From Pseudomonadota bacterium (GTDB lineage Bacteria > Pseudomonadota > Alphaproteobacteria > Rhodobacterales > Rhodobacteraceae), in NCBI GenBank assembly GCA_038750765.1, contig JBCDGW010000009.1, positions 158-64,157 of the forward strand: 64,000 nucleotides of DNA, written 5' to 3'. The position numbers and the translations under genes were made by a program. Positions 58,301 through 64,000 of this stretch are shown here, piece after piece. How positions within the stretch are numbered: position 1 is the first letter of the stretch; each line of letters begins with the position of its first letter. The notes beneath the pieces are model-generated. The model did not search any database. It worked only from the letters and a program-made list of their open reading frames with translations, and was not told the origin of the DNA.

Positions 58301-58414
58301 TTGGCGTTTGCCTCCATCCTAACGCTGGTCGCTGCGCCGGTGCTCTACGACATTTTCTTTGGCGGCCACCGAGATCGCGGCGCAGAAACAGCCGCCGAAA
58401 CAGCGCCTGCGTGA
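55352..58414 (+). CDS. RND efflux permease (AcrB/D/F family)
   Basis: About 1020 aa; GMLVDNAIVV, GMLIKNGIVL and RLRPVLL motifs. Confidence 0.93.
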   Translation: MSIARGSIENPILTWLLILTCFFGGIWGFNSLGRLEDPAFTIKQAVVITQYTGASAEQVAIEVSEPLEAAIQRMAEVRRVTSRNMPGLSRLDVEVVDTIGGDELPRIWTELRERITNIQGELPDGAGVPFVDDGFGDVFGIFFAVTTPGFNDRERFDLATFLRREFLAVEGVADVDVSGLADEAIFVEPNLTVAANLGINPQVIVQAIATANSVSAAGAVETDEGTRTRIKAPEGSDTVADIAALTIGVGGETINLIDIADVSRGRTDNPSLIVRFNGEEAFTVGVAGISDENIVEIGNRVDARLAELMAEIPYGVEVHPIYQQHVVVDESSNGFLVNLAMSVAIVVFVLGVFMGVRAAFVVGVTLLLTVIGTLLFMALFSIEMERISLGALIIAMGMLVDNAIVVAEGMQIAMLRGKSSRVAADEAASKTQIPLLGATVIGIMAFAGIGLSPDSTGEFMFSLFAVIGISLLLSWVLAITVTPLLGHYAFKQGSEDAGDAYSGFIFRAYAKLLAGALRIRWLVVLMLIGVTAACLVGFGQVRQQFFPNSNTPLFLTHLTMRQGTPIEETAAQMAMLEAFLADRSDVVAFSSFIGQGATRFLLTYSSEPPNSAYGHLIVRTSSLDEIPPLQKALEAFAAEAVPDVEFRTERLVFGPGAGSPVQVRFSGGDREVLRDLADTAIAVMLEASPDILNPRVNWREQELVLTPRYNTDRAQSAGVSRDDVAQILRFATDGEVMGLYREEERSIPIILRLAQSSDVGILDQVLIAQDGQTLLSLEQVVDGFELTSEDTLIMRRDRLPTITVGASIPTERTAAEVLDQVRAAVEEIPLPVGFRMEWGGEFESSSEANESLGSQLPITILIMVLISVLLFNALRQPLIIWLLVPMSINGVVLGLLGTNLPFTFTALLGLLSLSGMLIKNGIVLVEEIDLTKAEVKPLRKAIIEASTSRLRPVLLAASTTILGMIPLLSDAFFVSMAVTIMGGLAFASILTLVAAPVLYDIFFGGHRDRGAETAAETAPA

Positions 58415-58447
58415 GGCCTCGCAGGGGCTCGCGTGGAGGCGCGGCCT

Positions 58448-59494
58448 CTAGCGTTTGATCAGCGTGGGTATGCGCAGAAGCCGAGAGAACGAGAACCGCT
58501 TGTCGCTATCGGGCGTGTCGGTGTCTTCGCGGCGCAAGACCAGCGGCAAAAACAGATCCGCCATGCGCGCGTGGCGCGGGAACGCAAATTCATCGAACGG
58601 CTTGCGCTTGCTGATCAGCGGGATCGGGAAGTTGGCCATGCGCCCGTGCCGCGGGATCATCATCTCATCATAAGGCTTGCGGTCGCTCAACAGCTCGATC
58701 GGGTATGCTGCCATCCGCGGCCCGCCCGGCATCAGCGCGTTGGTCCCGGTCTTGCCGTTGATCAGATGCGGGAACGGCCAATTGGCCATGCGGGTGTGAC
58801 GCCCAATCCAGGTCGCGTCGATGGGTTTGCGCCGATTGATCAGCGGGATCGGGAAGTTGGCCATCCGGCCGTGGCGCGGTATCAGCGACTTGGTAAAGGG
58901 TTTGCGTTTGCTGATCAGCCTAATCGGAAAGTTGGCCATGCGGGCATGGCGCGGGATGATCGAGGCGGTAAACGGCTTGCGCCCGCTCAGGAGCGGGATT
59001 GGCCAGTTTGCCATCCGGCCATGGCGGGGGATGAACGAGATCGTCCCGGGCTTGCGGCGGCTGATCAGCGGGATCGGCCAATTGGCCATATGATAGGTCG
59101 TGCTCTCGGGGTCGCGCGGGCGCGACATGATATACGGATGATCGCGCATCACCGAGCTTTTGCCGTCGCGATCCTTAAAGGTGACCTCCTCGATCAGGGC
59201 GCTCATATCGACCGCCCCCATGCGCGCCGTGACGTCGCGCGTGGTTTGCGCGACGCCAAGGGGCCGATAGCCGGCGGTGACCATCATCACCGCGCCGCCC
59301 GTTTCCAGGCGCTCTCGATAGGCTCTCGCCGTCTCCTCTTCGACTCGCGCGGAAGTAAGGCCCTCAACAACCGTGTCAGGGTCCTCGAAAATCGAGATGA
59401 TCCGAAACGAAAACCGGTTGAAGTTGATCAGCTCTTCGCGAACGGCCCGCGCCTTTGCAGGCGTTTCGAAAAAGCGGGTGATGACGGTTGTCAT
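58448..59494 (-). CDS. PucDE-like (LH2 gamma-related) repeat protein
   Basis: Overlaps the pucC stop (ATGA) at the position of pucDE in the R. capsulatus puc operon; basic Pro-rich repeats; GGAGG RBS. The CDS is clear; the family identity is inferred from position and recalled resemblance. Confidence 0.7.
   Translation of the reverse strand: MTTVITRFFETPAKARAVREELINFNRFSFRIISIFEDPDTVVEGLTSARVEEETARAYRERLETGGAVMMVTAGYRPLGVAQTTRDVTARMGAVDMSALIEEVTFKDRDGKSSVMRDHPYIMSRPRDPESTTYHMANWPIPLISRRKPGTISFIPRHGRMANWPIPLLSGRKPFTASIIPRHARMANFPIRLISKRKPFTKSLIPRHGRMANFPIPLINRRKPIDATWIGRHTRMANWPFPHLINGKTGTNALMPGGPRMAAYPIELLSDRKPYDEMMIPRHGRMANFPIPLISKRKPFDEFAFPRHARMADLFLPLVLRREDTDTPDSDKRFSFSRLLRIPTLIKR
58520..59095 (-). 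repeat. Eight coding tandem repeats, 75-nt period (consensus IPRHGRMANFPIPLISxRKPxxxxx)
   Basis: xxxGCCAT cores on the + strand at 58557, 58632, 58707, 58782, 58857, 58932, 59007 and 59082. Confidence 0.92.
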
Positions 59495-60933
59495 GAGACC
59501 TCCACCTGATGGGTTTCTGGCGCGACCCTGTCCTGCGCGTGGTCGGGTTTAGGGCTGCGGCCGGTCAATAGGGGCACCGCGATCAGGATCGCCAGGGCAA
59601 GGAACACAATTTCAATCGTGAAAACCGCCCGATATGGCGCATGGGCAGAAAGACCGCCGAGTGCACCGGTGCCAAGGAGCACATCGCGGACGATACCGGC
59701 AAGCGCCACGGCAATGCCGGCGCAGGTCGCTTGCACCGCGCCCCAAGCACCCAGAGCCAGCCCGATCTGACCAGGTGGTGTGCTGCGGATGATCGCGGTC
59801 AGCGTCGCATGGCCGAAAAGGCCCGCGCCAAGGCCGGTCGCAACGATGCCCGCCACAAAGACGCCTGGGCCGCCGAGGCTCGCCGAGAGAATGATCGCGG
59901 CAAAACCGGGGATCCCAATGACGGCGCCGAGCGAGCCCAGACGGCTTGGATTGCCCCCTTGCCCGAGCACCCGCGACGCGATGGCGAACCCGATCAGCGT
60001 CCCGCCCGCGAGTAATGCGGTGAGTTTGGTGGTTTCAGCGACGGTGAAGCCCAGCGCCTGGCCGCCATAGGGCTCAAGCAGCACATCGGCCATGCCAAAG
60101 CCAAAGGTGCCCAGCCCGATAACGACGAGCAGGCGGATCATGCCGGGTCGGGCCACAAGAGCAGACCACGCAGCACGGAAATCGGCGGCAGGCGCCTGCG
60201 CCATTGCTTGTGCGCGATCCCGGTCCCGCGATTCCTGCTTCCACAATGCCAAGATGTTCAGCGCCACAGTCACGACGGCGGTGCCCTGAACAACCTGCAC
60301 CAATCGCCCCGGCGTGTAGGTTTCAAGCAGCGCCCCGTAGATCAGCGCGGCGGCGACCATGCCGAGCAACAGCATGACATACATCAGCCCCACGACTTTC
60401 GGGTGGTCTTCCTCGCGCACCAGATCGGTGGCGAGGGCGAGGCCCACGGTCTGGACCATGTGCAAGCCTGCGCCGACCAAGAAGAACGCGAGGGCTGCCG
60501 AGGAAAGCCCCACCCAGCGCGGCGTGTCGATCGCCTCGCCATAGCCCGACAGCACCAAAAGCGCGAACGGCATGATTGCAAAGCCGCCAAACTGGTAGAG
60601 CGTACCCTTCCAGATGTACGGCACCCGCCGCCAGCCTAACGCGGACCGGTGGGTATCGGAGCGAAACCCGATCAACGTGCGGAAGGGGGCGAAGAGCAAC
60701 GGCAAGGCGAGCATGCCCGCCACCAGTGTGGCAGGCACCGCCAACTCGACGATCATCACGCGATTGAGGGTGCCGACGAGCAGCACCAGCGCCATCCCGA
60801 CAGTTACCTGAAACAGGGACAGGCGCAGTAAGCGCGGTAGCGGCACCGTCTCAGTCGCCACATCCGCGAAAGGCAGATAGCGCGGCGTGATAGATGCCAG
60901 CTTTCGCAAAGCAAAGGCGCGGTAGTTAAACAT
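59491..60933 (-). CDS. pucC: PucC, MFS-type LH2 assembly factor
   Basis: YLPFAD, LLRLSLFQ, GTLNRVMIVEL and LLEPYGG motifs; downstream of pucBA. Confidence 0.93.
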   Translation of the reverse strand: MFNYRAFALRKLASITPRYLPFADVATETVPLPRLLRLSLFQVTVGMALVLLVGTLNRVMIVELAVPATLVAGMLALPLLFAPFRTLIGFRSDTHRSALGWRRVPYIWKGTLYQFGGFAIMPFALLVLSGYGEAIDTPRWVGLSSAALAFFLVGAGLHMVQTVGLALATDLVREEDHPKVVGLMYVMLLLGMVAAALIYGALLETYTPGRLVQVVQGTAVVTVALNILALWKQESRDRDRAQAMAQAPAADFRAAWSALVARPGMIRLLVVIGLGTFGFGMADVLLEPYGGQALGFTVAETTKLTALLAGGTLIGFAIASRVLGQGGNPSRLGSLGAVIGIPGFAAIILSASLGGPGVFVAGIVATGLGAGLFGHATLTAIIRSTPPGQIGLALGAWGAVQATCAGIAVALAGIVRDVLLGTGALGGLSAHAPYRAVFTIEIVFLALAILIAVPLLTGRSPKPDHAQDRVAPETHQVEVS

Positions 60934-60997
60934 CGTGCACCCCAAGCCGACGACCCGTCGGTTGCTCCTTGCCGCCGCGGCCCGTCAGAAAGACCAC

Positions 60998-61020
60998 CCA
61001 TGGGCGGAAGCCGCCCACGG
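60998..61020 (-). terminator. Stem-loop between pucA and pucC (partial terminator/mRNA stabiliser)
   Basis: Minus-strand CCGUGGGCGG-CUU-CCGCCCAUGG. Confidence 0.65.
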
Positions 61021-61033
61021 ACCAGCCTTCGTT

Positions 61034-61381
61034 TTAATCGACCGCGCGTATCGGCGGCGCGGCGGATGCCAACACTTCGTCGGGTTTGAGCACCGCCGTC
61101 GCTGTCGTGCCATCCGGTAAAATCACCGTGATTTCGCGCGCTTGATCCGGGGTGTCGATCGCGTAGGCCGCTTGGCTTACATCCGCGTCAGGAACGAGCG
61201 CCGCAGCCGCTGCTTCAGCATCGCCCGAGCCCAGGGGCTGACCCGACAGAAAGTCGGAAACCCAAGATGTATTGCTTAAAACCGCGACATGGACGGCAAA
61301 AGAGCCGACCGCGACAGCGCCAAGAAAAATCGGCACGCCTACCGAGGGCGAAACGACGAGCCACATCTTTGCATTATTCAT
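61034..61381 (-). CDS. pucA: LH2 alpha polypeptide with C-terminal extension
   Basis: MNNAKMWLVVSP...VH(31)...W(40); GGAGG RBS; 115 aa. Confidence 0.92.
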   Translation of the reverse strand: MNNAKMWLVVSPSVGVPIFLGAVAVGSFAVHVAVLSNTSWVSDFLSGQPLGSGDAEAAAAALVPDADVSQAAYAIDTPDQAREITVILPDGTTATAVLKPDEVLASAAPPIRAVD

Positions 61382-61393
61382 TGTGGACCTCCG

Positions 61394-61549
61394 TTACCCT
61401 AGCCAGGGCGTCGACGCGGCCACCAAAAAGTGCGCCAACAATGCGATCGCGCCAAATACGCGGGTTCCATCGATGAGGTAGCTGTGCACTTCCTCGGCTT
61501 CTTTAAGGTTCAGACCAGTCGGCCAAACCTTCTCTGGGTCATCGGACAT
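61394..61549 (-). CDS. pucB: LH2 beta polypeptide
   Basis: TGL...EAEEVH...AH...TPWLG, 51 aa; AGGAG RBS. Confidence 0.95.
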   Translation of the reverse strand: MSDDPEKVWPTGLNLKEAEEVHSYLIDGTRVFGAIALLAHFLVAASTPWLG

Positions 61550-61662
61550 ACCCGATCTCCTACTCTGTTGCTTCAAGGAGCGGAGAACAGCCACCAGAAT
61601 GCCAACGGCCACGCTCGCGCCTTCACGACCGCGGCGTGATGCAACGGCCGATTCCAAAACCA

Positions 61663-61706
61663 TGTATTCTTAAGTTTACAATTTCAACTGTAAATAATTA
61701 TTTACA
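61663..61706 (-). promoter_or_regulatory. Tandem PpsR/CrtJ operators overlapping the puc promoter
   Basis: TGT-N12-ACA at 61663-61680 and 61689-61706, 8 bp apart; minus-strand TTTACA-N17-AAGAAT promoter candidate. Confidence 0.88.
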
Positions 61707-62065
61707 CTCAGCTTGCCAAAGCGTGGAAATAAGGCGAAAGACCCTCGCCGCTGCCCCCATTGAGCGCGCGTTTTGCAAACGAAGCCGACGCTGCGTCAAC
61801 CAAAACGCTGTCGCTCTAGGCACTTAACAAGGCCTGTGTCTCGACAGGTGATGACGCGGCCTGCGTGTCAGCCGCGTGCGCCACCAAGCTTGCTTTGATC
61901 GGAATTTTCTCGGCAAAAAGCTGCCTTGTGGGCGGTAAAATCCCCATAGCGGTGGGGCGCGCGTTCGGTTTGATCGCGCCTACTGGCCTCACCGATCGGC
62001 ATCCCGTTGACCGTAGCGCGGCGGCGCGGCACCATCTTGTCAGGGCTGATGGATCAGAGAGATCG

Positions 62066-62881
62066 ATGGAAATTCGCAATCAGATCGTCGTGCTGATCCG
62101 GTTCTCTTACGCCACGACCGGCGACTTTTACCCCGGCTTCGACGATGTCGCGGCGATGGAGGCGTTTCTTTTCGACCCGTCGCGCCTGGCGCGCCGCTTT
62201 GCTCTGTTTGAGGCCGTCTGCTTGCCGTCGTTGCTGGGGCAGAGCGAGCGTGATTTCAAAACGGTGTTTTTGGTCGGGGCTCATATGCCCAGAAATTGGC
62301 GCCAAAAGCTGGATATCTTGTGCCGCGAGATTCCTGGCGCGACAGTGATCGCGGCACCACCGCAGCCCCATTACGCCGGGATCAAAGCCGCTTTCGAAAC
62401 CATTCCCACCGACGGTTTTACGCATCGAACGACAGTGCGGCTCGACGATGATGATGCCGTGGACAACGATTTTATCGCTCGTCTAAAAGGCCTTGCGCCA
62501 AAAGCCGCGTCAATTGGCGATCCGATGCGGCCGACAGCCATCGCCCATAACCGCGGATTTTTCCTTGAGCGGCGCGAGGACAAGACGGTCGTCTATCCGA
62601 CAATCGAGCGCACGCCGCTCAGCGTCGGTGCCGCCCTGATCGCGCCAGTGGCATACCGCGAAAACATCTATCTGGTCGACCACCGGCAATTGCCGCAAAA
62701 CTTCACCACCTACTGCGATACCGAGCATTACGCCTATATCCGTACGGTGCACCGCGACAACAAATCCAACGCCCACCGAACCGGCACCAAGATGCAAATG
62801 CCCAATCGCGAAATCGACGCGATATTGCGCGCTCAGTTCGGTCGAAAACTAGGCTTCTTTCGGCATTTTGCCGGTGCTTAA
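62066..62881 (+). CDS. Putative glycosyltransferase (rhamnosyltransferase-like family)
   Basis: IRFSY, FEAVCLPSL..Q...DF and RLDDDDAV motifs. Confidence 0.75.
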   Translation: MEIRNQIVVLIRFSYATTGDFYPGFDDVAAMEAFLFDPSRLARRFALFEAVCLPSLLGQSERDFKTVFLVGAHMPRNWRQKLDILCREIPGATVIAAPPQPHYAGIKAAFETIPTDGFTHRTTVRLDDDDAVDNDFIARLKGLAPKAASIGDPMRPTAIAHNRGFFLERREDKTVVYPTIERTPLSVGAALIAPVAYRENIYLVDHRQLPQNFTTYCDTEHYAYIRTVHRDNKSNAHRTGTKMQMPNREIDAILRAQFGRKLGFFRHFAGA

Positions 62882-62888
62882 GGCGCTG

Positions 62889-62917
62889 TTGACAAGGCTT
62901 GGGGCCTAGCCTATACG
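62889..62917 (+). promoter_or_regulatory. Sigma-70 promoter of the str operon
   Basis: TTGACA-N17-TATACG upstream of rpsL. Confidence 0.8.
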
Positions 62918-63132
62918 GCGCGCACTCAGGCAGGGCGGCTTGTCTGATCCAGAACTTGAGCGGTCACGATCCGGGCCTTTTGGTTCCGATCCTCTGGAAA
63001 ACACCCGCGTCGTTCCCGGAAATGGGAGCGCATGCGGTTTTCGCGTTTTCGGGGTGGGTGATGCGGGATCGCCTTAGATGAGCCGGGGCCTTCGCCCCAG
63101 ACAGACGGTATAAAGCGGGATAGAGAACCGGA

Positions 63133-63504
63133 ATGCCAACGATTCAACAGCTGATCCGTAAACCGCGGCAGCCTAAAGTGAAGCGCTCCAAGTCGCAGCA
63201 TTTAGAGCAGTGCCCTCAAAAGCGTGGCGTGTGCACGCGGGTTTACACAACGACGCCTAAAAAGCCCAACTCGGCAATGCGGAAGGTGGCCAAGGTGCGC
63301 CTGACCAACGGCTTCGAGGTGATCAGCTACATCCCCGGTGAGAGCCATAATCTGCAGGAGCACTCGGTGGTGCTGATCCGCGGTGGCCGCGTGAAGGACC
63401 TTCCCGGTGTGCGCTATCACATCCTGCGCGGCGTGCTCGATACGCAAGGCGTGAAGGATCGTAAGCAGCGCCGCTCTAAATACGGTGCGAAGAAGCCGAA
63501 GTAA
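63133..63504 (+). CDS. rpsL: 30S ribosomal protein S12
   Basis: [10 protein letters not shown]...[12 protein letters not shown]...[10 protein letters not shown]. Confidence 0.99.
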   Translation: MPTIQQLIRKPRQPKVKRSKSQHLEQCPQKRGVCTRVYTTTPKKPNSAMRKVAKVRLTNGFEVISYIPGESHNLQEHSVVLIRGGRVKDLPGVRYHILRGVLDTQGVKDRKQRRSKYGAKKPK

Positions 63505-63513
63505 CGCGCTTAA

Positions 63514-63578
63514 GCGTTATCCTGGGCCCGGCCCGGGATTTCGAAAGACGATGAGGCCTCAGATCAGGTCTGGGGCGC
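63514..63578. repeat. Two-hairpin REP-like palindromic element in the rpsL-rpsG spacer
   Basis: ATCCTGGGC-CCG-GCCCGGGAT (63519-63539) and GCCTCAGAT-CAG-GTCTGGGGC (63556-63576). Confidence 0.5.
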
Positions 63579-63606
63579 GATGGAACAGAAGGCCGAGGTA
63601 ACGAAG

Positions 63607-64000
63607 ATGTCCCGCCGTCACGCTGCTGAAAAACGCGAAGTGCTGCCCGACGCCAAATACGGCGATGTCGTGCTCACGAAATTCATGAACAACCTGATGA
63701 TCGACGGCAAAAAGTCGGTCGCCGAGGGCATTGTCTACCACGCGCTCGACCGGGTGGAAGGCAAGCTGAAGAAAGCGCCGGTCGAGGTGTTTCACGAGGC
63801 GCTCGACAATATCAAGCCCGCGGTTGAGGTGCGCTCCCGCCGGGTGGGCGGCGCGACGTATCAGGTGCCGGTCGAAGTGCGGCCCGAGCGGCGCGAAGCT
63901 CTGGCGATCCGCTGGCTGATCAATGCCAGCCGCGCGCGCAACGAAAACACGATGGAAGAGCGGCTTGCGGGTGAGTTGATGGACGCGGTCAACGGCCGTG
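63607..64000 (+). CDS. rpsG: 30S ribosomal protein S7, 3'-truncated by window edge
   Basis: Manual translation from ATG 63607: [19 protein letters not shown]...[19 protein letters not shown]; GAGG RBS. Confidence 0.98.
   Translation, partial: MSRRHAAEKREVLPDAKYGDVVLTKFMNNLMIDGKKSVAEGIVYHALDRVEGKLKKAPVEVFHEALDNIKPAVEVRSRRVGGATYQVPVEVRPERREALAIRWLINASRARNENTMEERLAGELMDAVNGR

Noticed and set aside
58520-59095. 75-nt periodic repeats as a CRISPR array
   Set aside because: The period is a multiple of 3 inside an open frame, the repeats vary at synonymous positions, there are no unique spacers and no cas genes
58433-59509. 358-aa plus-strand ORF with repeats
   Set aside because: Antisense shadow of the PucDE-like gene, which has the RBS and the coupling to pucC
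63133-63504. Streptomycin-resistance allele of rpsL
   Set aside because: TPKKPNSA and RVKDLPG motifs are wild type
1-64000. Prophage, IS element, integrase, tRNA or rRNA
   Set aside because: No transposase, integrase or phage motifs in the ORF track, and no tRNA/rRNA signatures were recognised by eye

Overview
GC-rich alphaproteobacterial chromosome segment, most consistent with a photosynthetic Rhodobacteraceae/Roseobacter-group bacterium (inferred from gene content). In order it contains: propionyl-CoA/methylmalonyl-CoA genes (pccA fragment, methylmalonyl-CoA mutase), ppx, an RTX/beta-helix secreted protein, an Fnr-type regulator, aldehyde dehydrogenase + DUF779, a sugar oxidoreductase/epimerase/dihydroxyacetone kinase run, a Tat MBL hydrolase, a GAF-GGDEF cyclase, a five-gene Roadblock + four dynamin-like GTPase operon (22830-29969), a TRAP/amidohydrolase/M81/ABC catabolic island, a second peptide-type ABC system, an Ldh_2 oxidoreductase, choXWV, an RND pump, a PpsR-controlled pucBAC(DE) light-harvesting operon, a glycosyltransferase, and rpsL-rpsG. 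The best candidate for an undescribed system is the Roadblock/dynamin-like operon. It has two paralogous long-plus-short GTPase pairs, a stand-alone Roadblock/LC7 protein at the front, and a last GTPase with a degenerate G3 and an apparent C-terminal Roadblock domain (Rag-like architecture). The second candidate is the puc operon, with a PucDE-like protein built of eight exact-period 25-aa repeats and an LH2 alpha chain carrying Phe44/Leu45 and a long C-terminal extension. No tRNA, rRNA, CRISPR array or transposase was recognised. All assignments come from motif reading only; no database searches were run.
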